64,000 nucleotides of DNA from a virus, in IMG/VR virus record IMGVR_UViG_3300042317_000390, positions 1-64,000 of that record; one strand, given 5' to 3'. Under the pieces are notes generated by a model, which did no database searches, was not told where the DNA came from, and saw only the letters and a list, made by a program, of their open reading frames with translations. A program made the position numbers and the translations under genes. Of this stretch, positions 9,707 to 20,284 are shown in pieces (position 1 is the first letter of the stretch; every line of letters begins with the position of its first letter).

Positions 9707-10728
9707 ACCTTACTCCATTTCTGTAACGCCAGTTTCGCTGACAAATCTCTATACGTATTCGTTTTAATAATATGTTCGATAAATTCAGGAGACAATCCAG
9801 CAAGGACCATATCGTTGATGTCTTTATGATCCATTGACTCTGGCCAAATACAGACATTATACCCGTTCATAATGGCTTTGTCAAGTTTCTTTTTAGTCTC
9901 TATAGACCGAGGCTCGTTGTCATATACGATCGTAAGTCCTGATTTGTCAAAATCTCTAACTGCGCTAACCAGATCACCTCCAGCAGTAGCAATAGCATTA
10001 GTAAGAAACATACTATCAATCGGGCCTTCAACGACATATATAGGCTTGTTAGTAACCATAGTGTCCAAGCCATACAACTTAGGTATGCTATCATCAAGCA
10101 CGATTGTAATGTATTTAACGGCACTCCCTGCTCTAAGGCTGCGACCTTGGTAGGCATGAACACTCTTATTACTATCCAGAAAAGGTATAAGAAGCCTCGT
10201 CTCATCTCTAGCCAGAGACTCAGTTGAAAACTTGTTGGGCACCAAATTATTAGTAAAATGCATAAAATTAGGACATGCGAATAACTTGGCATGATAAGGG
10301 GTAGGTATTCTTCTTTCATCAACAAATACTTTAATTGGATGGTTTGGTGCAAGTTGTGATACCTTCTTTAAGCCTTTAAGTGGTCCTTCTTTCATAAAGA
10401 CCGGCTTCTTCATTTTGTTTACGAACTTTTCAAATTCATCTTGCTGTGGAGATTTACGATCAGCAAGTCTCTCTAACTGATATTCGTTATATAGATTTTG
10501 ATCTAACATCTTAATAAAGTTAGGTATGCCCATAGTCGCACTGCAGTTATGGCAGTGAAACAACATCTTACCTTCTTTTTCGTAGATGTAACCTCTGGCT
10601 TTATTCTTATTTGATTCGGAATCACCACAGATAGGGCATCTGAAATTATATAGTTGTGGACCTTTACGCTTGAATTTATCTAAGCGGGATGATACCATAC
10701 CAATATACTTGTGTTCAAGCCAATCCAT
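9703..10728 (-). CDS. gp61: DNA primase (T4 gp61-like)
   Basis: NFRCPICGDS...KARG, CHNC Zn finger, TOPRIM VVEGPIDS, YDNEPR, KDINDM. Confidence 0.95.
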   Translation of the reverse strand: MDWLEHKYIGMVSSRLDKFKRKGPQLYNFRCPICGDSESNKNKARGYIYEKEGKMLFHCHNCSATMGIPNFIKMLDQNLYNEYQLERLADRKSPQQDEFEKFVNKMKKPVFMKEGPLKGLKKVSQLAPNHPIKVFVDERRIPTPYHAKLFACPNFMHFTNNLVPNKFSTESLARDETRLLIPFLDSNKSVHAYQGRSLRAGSAVKYITIVLDDSIPKLYGLDTMVTNKPIYVVEGPIDSMFLTNAIATAGGDLVSAVRDFDKSGLTIVYDNEPRSIETKKKLDKAIMNGYNVCIWPESMDHKDINDMVLAGLSPEFIEHIIKTNTYRDLSAKLALQKWSKV

Positions 10729-10757
10729 ATTATAACCACTTTGTTGAAAGGTGGGCT

Positions 10758-10785
10758 ATTATAGTAGTTTATCGGGGAAAGTAAA
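10758..10785 (-). promoter_or_regulatory. early-type promoter upstream of primase
   Basis: TTTACT-N16-TATAAT on minus strand. Confidence 0.6.
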
Positions 10786-10792
10786 TGAAATT

Positions 10793-11203
10793 CTAGCTTA
10801 AATTAAGAACTTTTACGATCTGTGGACCATAAGCTAGAATAAAAGCTATCACCGTAAACGCACCCATATACATATACATCGTCTTTTCCATACTATTAAT
10901 TTTAGTAGAAAGAGACTTGTATTGTTCTTCGCCTTCTTCTCTCAACTTATTAATTTCATCGATGACACGAATATCTTCGGCACGCATCGTTTCGTATACT
11001 GTTCTTAGCTTATTATCCGATTCTTCTCTACGTCTTTCAACTATATCCTCAAGAGAATCCATAAATTTTTCTTGTTGAGTTAGACGTAACTCATGAACGG
11101 CTATCATCTTATTAAGATCACCAGATATTTCTGTTAGTTTCGAAATAGCATCTTCTATCTTTGTTTGTCTATTTTCGAACATATCTAGTTGTCTTGTATC
11201 CAT
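10793..11203 (-). CDS. coiled-coil protein with C-terminal TM helix
   Basis: K.IAVHE.RL motif, hydrophobic C-terminus. Confidence 0.65.
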   Translation of the reverse strand: MDTRQLDMFENRQTKIEDAISKLTEISGDLNKMIAVHELRLTQQEKFMDSLEDIVERRREESDNKLRTVYETMRAEDIRVIDEINKLREEGEEQYKSLSTKINSMEKTMYMYMGAFTVIAFILAYGPQIVKVLNLS

Positions 11204-11694
11204 TATTTCTTCCCGATGGTTTGGAGTCTAGAAATAGGACCAATTATATCTACAATCTTTTTCTTTTTCGTTCTACCACCAGGTTCGCCTCTTGGACCAA
11301 CACCAATACCTTCAACTCCACCTGCACCGGCTGAATTAGCTGGAACTGTAGAAGCAACATCTTCTCTAATTGGTTTTAGCTTGAATGCGCTTGGAAAGGT
11401 AGTATCGAATTTTCTCATTACACGTCCTGCGATTGCGTTAGCTTGATCTTCTTTAAATCTTTCACTACCGCCTTTTTGTCTAAAATGAATAAGCTCATGA
11501 GTAATAGTTCTCATGACATCAATAGGGTGACGGTCTGTTATTCTTATCCAGATATCATTACCCATAGAATGACCGAAAGCTGCCTTTTTGTTCTCTGCGC
11601 TTCCAACGTAATGAATCGTTGGTAACTTAGTAAGACCAAGTTCTTTAGCTGCAAACTTTACGAACATTTCGATTTCTTTAGGCGCTTTCATCAA
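11203..11694 (-). CDS. HExxH zincin-like protein
   Basis: RHPIDVMRTITHELIHFRQ...ED.ANA.AG. Confidence 0.65.
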   Translation of the reverse strand: MMKAPKEIEMFVKFAAKELGLTKLPTIHYVGSAENKKAAFGHSMGNDIWIRITDRHPIDVMRTITHELIHFRQKGGSERFKEDQANAIAGRVMRKFDTTFPSAFKLKPIREDVASTVPANSAGAGGVEGIGVGPRGEPGGRTKKKKIVDIIGPISRLQTIGKK

Positions 11695-12080
11695 ACTTTC
11701 CTTAATTTGTCTACAATGTTCAGATCCATCTCAATCATATTCGTATCTATAACGGTTTCATCGTTTACGTTATAGATTTTATCAGGCATAATTTCCAGAA
11801 GAATCAGAAATGGCTTAATGTATTTCATCTGAGGTTTAAGTTTTAAATAAAGAACTCTATTCAAAACTTCAGGACCAAAACAATTATTAAGAATAATAAT
11901 GTGATTGAGAATTAATCTCTCTTTCAGTTCACCATATTCAATGTATCTTGTTATTAATTTTTTAATATATTTTATTCTATTCAGATCTTCTAAAAAGTCT
12001 TCAGTAGATGCATACTCTACGTTATCGTAATGTGAGGCACAATATAATAAAAAATTCTTATCAGTCAGTTTTTCATACAT
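11691..12080 (-). CDS. conserved T4-like myovirus protein
   Basis: NF.LY...HY.N...EDL.RIKYIK.L..RY...GELKERLILNHII.L.N.FG. Confidence 0.75.
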   Translation of the reverse strand: MYEKLTDKNFLLYCASHYDNVEYASTEDFLEDLNRIKYIKKLITRYIEYGELKERLILNHIIILNNCFGPEVLNRVLYLKLKPQMKYIKPFLILLEIMPDKIYNVNDETVIDTNMIEMDLNIVDKLRKV

Positions 12081-12093
12081 ATAACAACTATCT

Positions 12094-12711
12094 TTAACCT
12101 ATACGACGATAATAACCATTATCAAAAATCCAAGTAGCGAATGAACCAGAGTTTGCTAAGTCAACGCTAGTAGTGAATACTCCATTGGATAGATTCTCAA
12201 TTCTGTTTGGACTTAGTGTAGTAACTGTTGTCTTATATAGATCTCCGTTACTGGCACACTTAACTGTATAGATCTTACCATTAGATATAGAACCATCAAC
12301 TGGTAAAGTAACAGTAATAATAGAAGCTGAAACATCAGATCTACAAATAAAAACTTCCTGAGAACTATTAGCTGAATGATTGTTCCAAGAAATAGTTAAC
12401 ATACTTCTGCTTAAAGAAGTGCTAGTAAGATTAGCTTGTAGTTGTGTTTTAGTTGGATAGTTAACAAGATTTGATGTTAAGATTGAATTGGCGTAAGCCA
12501 CGGCATTAGAATACGCCGTGGCTGCTGATGTATTTACTAAGTTAGCTGCGGTTGTAGCGATAGATGCAGCGACGTTAGAAATAAAGTTGTTAACAGTAAT
12601 AGTTCTGACCGAAGGTGCCCCTGAAGGATCTCGGAGGACTAAAACCCTGTCAGTGGAAGCAACGTTAGTTGTGACCGGAAGTTCAGATACTCTTTTACTG
12701 TTATCAGCCAT
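12094..12711 (-). CDS. putative virion structural protein
   Basis: SKRVSELP N-terminus, S/T/N-rich, fibre-type TVTLP module. Confidence 0.6.
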   Translation of the reverse strand: MADNSKRVSELPVTTNVASTDRVLVLRDPSGAPSVRTITVNNFISNVAASIATTAANLVNTSAATAYSNAVAYANSILTSNLVNYPTKTQLQANLTSTSLSRSMLTISWNNHSANSSQEVFICRSDVSASIITVTLPVDGSISNGKIYTVKCASNGDLYKTTVTTLSPNRIENLSNGVFTTSVDLANSGSFATWIFDNGYYRRIG

Positions 12712-12721
12712 TTATCACCTA

Positions 12722-13348
12722 TTAAGCAGTAGCTGTGAATTTAGCGACTGCTGTATTAACAGAAGCAGCACCGGTAGCAGAAGCAACCGCCTTAACCCAA
12801 GTATTAACGCCTAGTGTAGCGATATTTGCGGTAAGGGTAGCTGATGTTTGACCGCTAAATGCAGTATTACCAACTGTAGTTGTATAGGTAACGTTATCTG
12901 TTGATTTATACCATAGATAGCTAATTGAAGCTCCTGATGGAACTGAAGTAGCTGCTGCAGTAAACGTTCTAGAAATATTACCAGAAACGCTACCAGAATT
13001 AGCGGCTGGATTAGTTGTAATAGTTAGTGTATAATCTGGGAATGAAGTGTCCTCAGCATCTCCAGTAATACCGCCAGCTACTAGAACTTCGTCAAAGATA
13101 CGTCCAGAGCGACCGCCTTGACCAGTTGTTCTTAGAACCCAACCAGTATGAGCTGTTCTACCGCTACCAGCAGCAATTTCGTTATCGTCAACGGCATATT
13201 GACCAACCGTTACGCCGTCAAAATATGCGTTAGATGTAGTATTACCAAATAGAAGATCTCTATTATTTGTATTAGGTGCTTTTTTCAACTGTGCAGGAGC
13301 ATAGATAGTTGAATTAGAAGCAGCGTCGTTTTTACCCCATAATGGCAT
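12722..13348 (-). CDS. putative virion structural protein with C-terminal Ig-like domain
   Basis: MPLWGK.D start, H.GWV...GR...EVLVA, SY.WY.STD Ig-like segment; GGAGG RBS. Confidence 0.7.
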   Translation of the reverse strand: MPLWGKNDAASNSTIYAPAQLKKAPNTNNRDLLFGNTTSNAYFDGVTVGQYAVDDNEIAAGSGRTAHTGWVLRTTGQGGRSGRIFDEVLVAGGITGDAEDTSFPDYTLTITTNPAANSGSVSGNISRTFTAAATSVPSGASISYLWYKSTDNVTYTTTVGNTAFSGQTSATLTANIATLGVNTWVKAVASATGAASVNTAVAKFTATA

Positions 13349-13652
13349 TTTTAGTCCTCCTAGATATTTTATTGTATTTATTAATCTTTTAATCCTAGCA
13401 TATCCGATAGATAATCAGATTTGCTGTTTATAAGTTTGTGTAATTCGCCTTCTTGAATCGTATGATAACCTTTATGGAACTTAACATTTTCATTTTTAAT
13501 ATTTTTAGTTCCCTTGGCGACAATTAATTCACTATCATCAGACTTTCTTTCTATAATAGAAAGATTTTCTACAGTATTTGGTTTTGGTGGAGGAGCCTGT
13601 CTCTTTGGCTCCTCCTTTTTACCTATAATAAGGTTATTGCAAATAATAGTCA

Positions 13653-15722
13653 TTACTTCTTTGAATCAGTTAGTGTTTTTCTTGGTAGCTTCTCAGAAGT
13701 TGTATTATCTACTGTTTCACCAGAGTCGGCTGGAGCAACAGAAGCTGTTTCGAAGATCGATTCGAAATGAGCTAGTTCATTCTCTGAGAACATAATCTCT
13801 TCAACTTCTTCAGAAACCGATGGACCCTTTGGATTCATATTTCTTAGCTTTGAAGCTGAAGAACCTTTTTCACCGGCTACGTTTGTCTGATACTGCTTGC
13901 CCTTCCATGTAAAGTCTCCACCCTTACCACCAGCAGCCTTTCTAGCAGCAGCGAAAGCTGCACCGAAAGAACCTGATTTAGCAGTTGAGCTACCACCGAG
14001 GCTTGATGGACGATGTGGTGGTAGTGGAGCAGTTGTTGCTGAGCTATAGTTTGAATGAGCAGTTGTTGATAACTGTGATGGGCTAGTAGCACCACCAACG
14101 TTAGCTTTGCTTCCCTGACCAGGCGCTCTATTTGCCTGATCTACCTTTGGTTTTGGGAGTGGAGCAGCTACGCCTGTACCACCACTTTGGGCAACATTAT
14201 CGCGTGGACGACCGCTTGATACTGGTAGAGTTTGAGTCTTAGCAGCATCTCTATTTTGAGCAGCGTTTACTCTATCTCTAATCATAGAATGACCAGCAAC
14301 CGTAGCACCACCAACGCCAGCAGCGACAGCGGCAGCACCGGGTTTATCAGCAATAACCTTGGCGCCTTTACCAGCTACATTAGCGGCTCTATCAGCTGTT
14401 GTTGCTGAAGTAAACTTACCAGCGGCTCTACCGGGAGAAACATTTAAACCACTAGCGCCTCTGCTAAAGTTTTTAGCTGCGCTACCCCAAACGCCTTCTT
14501 CGATCTCTTCAGCTTCTTCACGAACGCCCTTCTTATCAAGTGCGCCCTTTGCCTTTGAGATTACATCACCAGCAGCGTTACCGCCCTTATAGCCAGTGTA
14601 TGGTTTTGTTGGTGTTGATGGGTCAACATACTTCTTTGGATCTTTTGTTACAGCTGGACCAACATTCTCACTGCCTTTTGGACCAATAACGCCCTCTTCA
14701 ACGTTCTTTGAAACAACTGAACGGCGATGCTTTAGATAAGAGTCTGACTTATCAACCTTACCATCGTTGTTAACGTCATCGTCTTCCTTGCCAACTGGAT
14801 CTAGCTTCTTTAGCTTCTTAGCAGCTTCAAAGATATTTCCAGAATTTACTGATTGTAGCTTTAGAAAAGCTGAGATTAGATCCTTATTGTCTTCCATTTC
14901 TGTTGATTCCTGTGTTGGTTGTTTGCCTCTTCTGGCCATGTTTTTGACGGATTGATTTGCTACTGGAGCAGCTGGTGCTGGTGCCGTAGTGGTTGTTTGT
15001 TGTGGTGTAGCTGGTGCAGTTGCTGGTGGGGTAGTAGCTTGTGGCTTAGCTCCACCAATATTAATATCAGGTAATGTATGCTTAACTGGCGCAGGTTCGA
15101 TTGGTTTAACATCACCACCAACATTTACCTTTGTCTGCTTACCAGTAGATACATACTTCTCTACTGGTTTCTTAGCTGTACCTGTACCACGAATGTTTGT
15201 CTGATACTTCTTACCTTGATATTCAAACTGTCCTGTAGTCTTAGCGCCTTTTTCCGAAGCAGCCTTTCTAGCAGCAGAGAAAGCTTGACCAAAAGTCATT
15301 GGCTTAGAGGGTGTGGTAGTAGATGTAGCAGCTGGCTTAGCTGGAGTTGAACCACCAGAAGCTGGAGCAGAAGTAGCTGGAGTTGTAGGAGTTTCTTCTC
15401 CCTTTTTACCAGTTAAAGCAACAGCGGCAGCACCGGCACCGGCAACTCCTGATAATACCGATGAAACCTTATCAGCTTTAGTTGAAGTTACTGGTCTAGC
15501 TGGACCCTTTGGTTCAGCTTTTGCTTTTGGAGTTGTAGGAGTATATCTTGGTGATGGATATGATTCACCGCCCTTTGCTGTCTCTCCACCAACTACTTTA
15601 GCAGAAGAACCAGCGGTTGACTTTGGACCATGGATCTCACCTTCCAAAGGCTTAACCTTTGGTTTTCTTACCTTTGATACGTAAGAAAAAAACTTACCCA
15701 ATCCTTCGTTAATATCGTCCAT
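13653..15722 (-). CDS. large basic low-complexity protein, putative internal head protein
   Basis: A/K/T/P/G-rich; [24 protein letters not shown] motif; many (I/V)xE sites. Confidence 0.65.
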   Translation of the reverse strand: MDDINEGLGKFFSYVSKVRKPKVKPLEGEIHGPKSTAGSSAKVVGGETAKGGESYPSPRYTPTTPKAKAEPKGPARPVTSTKADKVSSVLSGVAGAGAAAVALTGKKGEETPTTPATSAPASGGSTPAKPAATSTTTPSKPMTFGQAFSAARKAASEKGAKTTGQFEYQGKKYQTNIRGTGTAKKPVEKYVSTGKQTKVNVGGDVKPIEPAPVKHTLPDINIGGAKPQATTPPATAPATPQQTTTTAPAPAAPVANQSVKNMARRGKQPTQESTEMEDNKDLISAFLKLQSVNSGNIFEAAKKLKKLDPVGKEDDDVNNDGKVDKSDSYLKHRRSVVSKNVEEGVIGPKGSENVGPAVTKDPKKYVDPSTPTKPYTGYKGGNAAGDVISKAKGALDKKGVREEAEEIEEGVWGSAAKNFSRGASGLNVSPGRAAGKFTSATTADRAANVAGKGAKVIADKPGAAAVAAGVGGATVAGHSMIRDRVNAAQNRDAAKTQTLPVSSGRPRDNVAQSGGTGVAAPLPKPKVDQANRAPGQGSKANVGGATSPSQLSTTAHSNYSSATTAPLPPHRPSSLGGSSTAKSGSFGAAFAAARKAAGGKGGDFTWKGKQYQTNVAGEKGSSASKLRNMNPKGPSVSEEVEEIMFSENELAHFESIFETASVAPADSGETVDNTTSEKLPRKTLTDSKK

Positions 15723-15757
15723 TTAAACTGTTCCTCTGAAAGTTTTTGTAATATTTA

Positions 15758-17614
15758 TTATTTCAGCTTTATTGGCTCACCTTGAGCTAAAGGCTTAACC
15801 TTTGCCTTGGGTTCTAATTTAATACCTTCACCGGGAGCTAATGGCTTTTCGCTCTTTAAAGGTTCTTTAGGTTCTCTAACGCCTAAAGTCTCGCCTGCTT
15901 TTCTCATATAGTCAGCAGCTGTGCTTGCTCCGGGTATTTTACCGATAGCTTTACCAACTTCTTGACCAACTTTAGTTTGTCTAGCTAGATACTCTGCGCC
16001 TTTAGAAAGTAATCCACCAACTTCAGCTGCGGCACCTGGAGGCGTAGCAGTAGTAGCAACATCCCATGCTGCTCCTTTATAATCACCTTTCTTAAACTTT
16101 TCATAGGGATCGGTGAAAACTGATTTAGCGGTATCTATAGCAGTTTGTTTAACGTCCTTAGCATCACCACCGTAATACTTAGCAGCGGCGGCACCAGCTG
16201 CACCACTTGCTGCGGTAGTAGCGGCAGTTGTACCGATGGCGCTCTTAGCTAATTTACCAATAACGCCTTCTGCTACGTTAAGATCAACAATCTTTTCTGG
16301 AGGATTAATGATAATTGGTGGGTTATCATAAACTCTTGTCTTACCATCTGTAAGATCATCTTTACCAGCGCCAGTTTCCTTAACAACTTTTTTGACAACT
16401 TTGGCTAAGTTTCTACCTTCATCTATTACGTTCTTAATAGAAGCGTTTCTTGCTAGTGTCTTTTGCTTAGTATTCTTTCTACCAACATATTCTAGTTCTT
16501 TACGATCACCAGCATCTTTTCTAGGAACATTCTCAATGCTTCTGCGTTCGTTTTCTTCTTTCATAGAAGCATATCTTGTTTCTTTTTTAGCAAAGTGAGT
16601 CTTAACTTTAACTGGAACGTAATCTAAAATATCAAAGTTAGCATCATGTGGAACACCAAGCTTTGGACCCTTGAAACTAAAAGCTTTTGGCTTAGCAGGG
16701 GTTGGTGGATTTGTACCGGCTGGTGGAATTGGTGGGATTGCTACCATTGGCTTAGTATTAGTTGGAGCAGCAACCTTTGGTTCTGTTGCAGGTGTAGTCG
16801 TAACCGTAGGAGCAACTACTGGTGTAGTAGTTGATGACTTAGTTGGTGTTTCGGTCTTAGTTGGAGTATCTGTCTTAACACCAGTTGTAGTTGTAGTTTT
16901 TGTTTCTGGTTTAACTTCAGTCTTTGTTTCTGGTGCTACTTTAGCTTTAGGGGCAACTGCTGTTTTAGTTGCAGGTGTAGTTGTAGTAGGTAACGTTGAC
17001 TTCTTCGTAACAGTAGCAACTTCTTTACTACCAGCAGCGGCTGGAAGACCAGACTTTGTAACTACAGCTGGAACGTTATGAGTTGGTGCTGTTCTTAAAT
17101 GACTTAGAAAATCAACAACTTTAGTTTTAACGCCCTCATTAACCTTACCTTGTAGAGTCATACTTGACTTCTCTTTAGCAAGCGATCTTTGTCTTGAGAC
17201 GTTCTCAGGCGCCTGTGATTCGCTTCCCTCTGTGCTTTTTCCAGGTGGTCTGATATGAGGAGTTGAAGTTCTTACAGACTTAAATTGATTACCTTGAAAC
17301 TTATCGGTTCCCATATGACCAACAGCTTCATCCATCTTATCTTCACTGCCAGGAAGTTTGCTATCCTCTTCATCTTCTTTTACTTTTTTCTTTGAGCTTT
17401 CGGCGTGTAGCTTACCTTCGCCACCAGTGCCGCTACCAACTAATCCGCCAACGTCCTCATCAATTGGCTTGCTATCTTTAGCACCAAAGGACGATTCCTT
17501 TCTGACTACTTTCTTGATAGCGTGCTCAAGAGTAATCTTAGGTTGATCCGATGGAGTAAAGTTGCCTGTAGCAATATTTCTGATGACGTGTTCTAAGCTT
17601 AGTTTATCGCTCAT
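15758..17614 (-). CDS. large basic low-complexity protein, putative internal head protein (probable start MSDKLSLEH)
   Basis: ORF track; K/T/P/A-rich modules separated by hydrophobic-x-E sites. Confidence 0.6.
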   Translation of the reverse strand: MSDKLSLEHVIRNIATGNFTPSDQPKITLEHAIKKVVRKESSFGAKDSKPIDEDVGGLVGSGTGGEGKLHAESSKKKVKEDEEDSKLPGSEDKMDEAVGHMGTDKFQGNQFKSVRTSTPHIRPPGKSTEGSESQAPENVSRQRSLAKEKSSMTLQGKVNEGVKTKVVDFLSHLRTAPTHNVPAVVTKSGLPAAAGSKEVATVTKKSTLPTTTTPATKTAVAPKAKVAPETKTEVKPETKTTTTTGVKTDTPTKTETPTKSSTTTPVVAPTVTTTPATEPKVAAPTNTKPMVAIPPIPPAGTNPPTPAKPKAFSFKGPKLGVPHDANFDILDYVPVKVKTHFAKKETRYASMKEENERRSIENVPRKDAGDRKELEYVGRKNTKQKTLARNASIKNVIDEGRNLAKVVKKVVKETGAGKDDLTDGKTRVYDNPPIIINPPEKIVDLNVAEGVIGKLAKSAIGTTAATTAASGAAGAAAAKYYGGDAKDVKQTAIDTAKSVFTDPYEKFKKGDYKGAAWDVATTATPPGAAAEVGGLLSKGAEYLARQTKVGQEVGKAIGKIPGASTAADYMRKAGETLGVREPKEPLKSEKPLAPGEGIKLEPKAKVKPLAQGEPIKLK

Positions 17615-17616
17615 TG

Positions 17617-18051
17617 TTATACCTTTATAAACGATCTTAACATCCAACCCCATTTTTCATGGGCAGTGATGCGATCTTGAATAAAATTTGAAATACCGAA
17701 TTTTCTATCTCTTTCGGCTAAAGCATATGCTCTATTCAAAGAAGCTAATACTCTCTCATTATCATTAGCTAATTTGGTTATCATCATTAGAGCTTCTGGA
17801 ACATTCTTTTCTTCTTGAATAGTTGTTAACTCAAGAAAACGAATCATTGAACCGGGAGCAAAAGCATCTAAAGTTCTAATACTTTCAGCAATACCATCTG
17901 CTGCGTCTGATACTTCGTTATATATCTCATCGAAGAACTTGTGATATTCAGAGAAACTGGTGCTTCTTACATTCCAATGAAAGTTCTGTGCCTTAATAGC
18001 AAAAACATAAGTGTCAGCTAAAGCAACCTTTAGAGCTTCAGTTAAATCCAT
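17617..18051 (-). CDS. dps: Dps / DNA protection during starvation protein (mini-ferritin)
   Basis: K.QNFHWNV....F...H..F.E.Y......D..AE.IR.L, C-terminal HEK..WMLRS. Confidence 0.92.
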   Translation of the reverse strand: MDLTEALKVALADTYVFAIKAQNFHWNVRSTSFSEYHKFFDEIYNEVSDAADGIAESIRTLDAFAPGSMIRFLELTTIQEEKNVPEALMMITKLANDNERVLASLNRAYALAERDRKFGISNFIQDRITAHEKWGWMLRSFIKV

Positions 18052-20201
18052 TATTCATCGCCTCCACCAGATGATCCACTCTTTCCGGGTGGATGCTTTT
18101 CAATTTTACCAGATGCCATACGAACAGCTACCATAGGCGTAGAAACGTTTGTTCTTTTACCTGTTGTTCCTTCTGGAACTGATAACTCTTCTTTAACGCT
18201 TGATGCCTTTAACTTTGTAGAAGGTAGATACTTCTCACCCTTTACGTTTGTCTGGAACTCTTTACCACCGTATGAGAACTTACCTTTACCACCAACTTCT
18301 GAACGAGCAGCCTTGAAAGCTTGTCCACGAGAGAAGTAATCAGGACGACTTGGAGGTGTTGGTGCGTTAACTACTGGATTAGAAGCCTTTGGTGCTTCTG
18401 GTGCCTTTGGAGCTTCATACTTCTTAGGCGTTAGAACTTGTTTCTCATAATCGGAAACAGAACGACCTTGTGCCTTATATGAAATACCTTTAGCTACATC
18501 AGATTGTCTCTGGAACTCTGATTTCTTTTCGCCAGCTGGTGTTGGTTCCATTACTGTGGCAGCAGCAGTGACAGCTGGACCTGTAGCAATACGAGCAACC
18601 TTACCTAGAAGACCAGCTGCCTTACCAGCAGCGGCTGGAATCTCAACTGGAGCAGTTGGTTTAACTTTAGCCTTACCTGCGTCGCTCATACCAGAAGATA
18701 GCTTAAATCCACCGCTCTTTTCTACGCCACCAGAAGTAGCACTAACAGTAGTTGGTCTTGAAGAAGAACCGAAACTAGCCGTTGGCTTTGGAGCAGACGT
18801 TGGAGCAGAAGCAGTCTTTGGTGCTGGCTGATTAGCAGAAACACGCTGTGGAGTTAACGTCTTTGCTGTAGCAGACGTTGAACCAGAAGTCATTGATCTC
18901 ATACCGCCTGGATTGCTTGGAGAAGAAGTGCTATATCTTGTTGGACCAGTTCTTCTTAGTCCTTCGCCACCGGGAGCAGAACGTCTTGAAAGCTCAATAC
19001 GAGCGGTTCTTGAAAGTTTTGATGGACCCATAGAAGAAGCGGTTGGAGCATGAGCCGCAGTAGCAGTAGCACCAACGTCTTCTGATACCTCTTTCTTCTT
19101 CTTAGCTGCTACCATTAGACGAGCAGCACGATGAATACCTTCTTCTCTCTTATGATGCTCACCAGGCTTCTTTTCTTTTTCTCTAGTAGCTTTCATAGCT
19201 TTATTTGTATAATCTAATCTTAGCTTCTCTGAAGTCTCGTTAATTTCTGTCTCTTCGCAATTCCATTTACGTAGTGAAAGAGCCTTACGAGTTGGTCTGC
19301 CTTTTTCGTCCTTCATTGGACCTGGCATACCACCCATTCTAGCACAGAAAGACTTACGACGCTTAGCTGCTTTACTGTCTGGATCTAATTTCGATGGAGG
19401 AGTTGTTACAGCTGTTTGTAGTTTTGAGCCTGGATTTTCTCTACGATAGGACTCAACGCCCTTTTTGTTAAGACCGCCTTCTGGGTTCTTACCTTCTTTA
19501 CGCTGCCAAGCTGCGCTTTCCTTAACAACTCTCTTGATGACTTGACCGGGAGTTGATCCCTTATAAATGGCAACTAATTCATCAGATCCATCGAATCTTG
19601 ATGCTGACTTATCTGGATCGTTTGAGTGTTTTTCCATTCTTTCTTTGCCTTCTTCAAGACCAGCTTTGTTTAACTTTGTATAATAATCTGGCTTCTCGCC
19701 TAAATGAGCAAGAGCAATTCTTTTAGCATCAGCGGCATGAGTTGTGTGTTCTTTCTCTACCTTGATGCCCTGTTTAACAGCTTTGTTGATTTCTGAAACA
19801 GGCTTATCGTATTTCTTAGCTAATTGTTCAGGAGACATTACAGACTTGTTTAGTTCCTCTTCTTTAACAGGAACACAATTAGGAACGGTTCTACCATTCT
19901 TCTTTTTCATACCAATGGCTTCATAGCCCTTCCAGCATGCCTTCTTAAGGTCTTCGTCCAATTCCACTGCAAATCCTCCTGCGATAAAAGAATTTACACG
20001 ATCAAAGGCGAACTGTTCTGGTGAGTTACCAAATTCTTCAACCCAAGTCGTGTAACCACGACGATATACTTCCTCAAGAATATCGGTGGAAATACCTGAT
20101 TTTTGTGATTTTTTGTATAGAGATAGCTTAGCTTCGTTAGTGAGAACTACGGCAGACTTTGCCTCTAGCTGAGAGTCATAATCGTTGAATTTCTTTACCA
20201 T
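18051..20201 (-). CDS. large multi-module putative internal head protein (probable start ATG 20201)
   Basis: modules CWKGY...GMKKK.G..VPNCVP, GIKVEKEHT...IAL.HL.E.PDYY.KL, AWQRKEGKNPEGGLN...RRKSFCARM...LRKWNC. Confidence 0.7.
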   Translation of the reverse strand: MVKKFNDYDSQLEAKSAVVLTNEAKLSLYKKSQKSGISTDILEEVYRRGYTTWVEEFGNSPEQFAFDRVNSFIAGGFAVELDEDLKKACWKGYEAIGMKKKNGRTVPNCVPVKEEELNKSVMSPEQLAKKYDKPVSEINKAVKQGIKVEKEHTTHAADAKRIALAHLGEKPDYYTKLNKAGLEEGKERMEKHSNDPDKSASRFDGSDELVAIYKGSTPGQVIKRVVKESAAWQRKEGKNPEGGLNKKGVESYRRENPGSKLQTAVTTPPSKLDPDSKAAKRRKSFCARMGGMPGPMKDEKGRPTRKALSLRKWNCEETEINETSEKLRLDYTNKAMKATREKEKKPGEHHKREEGIHRAARLMVAAKKKKEVSEDVGATATAAHAPTASSMGPSKLSRTARIELSRRSAPGGEGLRRTGPTRYSTSSPSNPGGMRSMTSGSTSATAKTLTPQRVSANQPAPKTASAPTSAPKPTASFGSSSRPTTVSATSGGVEKSGGFKLSSGMSDAGKAKVKPTAPVEIPAAAGKAAGLLGKVARIATGPAVTAAATVMEPTPAGEKKSEFQRQSDVAKGISYKAQGRSVSDYEKQVLTPKKYEAPKAPEAPKASNPVVNAPTPPSRPDYFSRGQAFKAARSEVGGKGKFSYGGKEFQTNVKGEKYLPSTKLKASSVKEELSVPEGTTGKRTNVSTPMVAVRMASGKIEKHPPGKSGSSGGGDE

Positions 20202-20269
20202 TTGGAGTTTCCCTTTAGGCTTATCCAATATTTAGCAGGTCTGCCGTAGCCTTACTGCACTAACAATCT

Positions 20270-20277
20270 TATTTATA
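20270..20277 (-). promoter_or_regulatory. T4-type late promoter
   Basis: exact TATAAATA in the intergenic gap. Confidence 0.7.
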
Positions 20278-20284
20278 AAAGATA

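Noticed and set aside
14359-19926. Plus-strand ORFs antisense to the large low-complexity genes
   Set aside because: Shadow ORFs expected from the codon bias of A/T/P/K-rich genes; no RBS or recognisable motifs.
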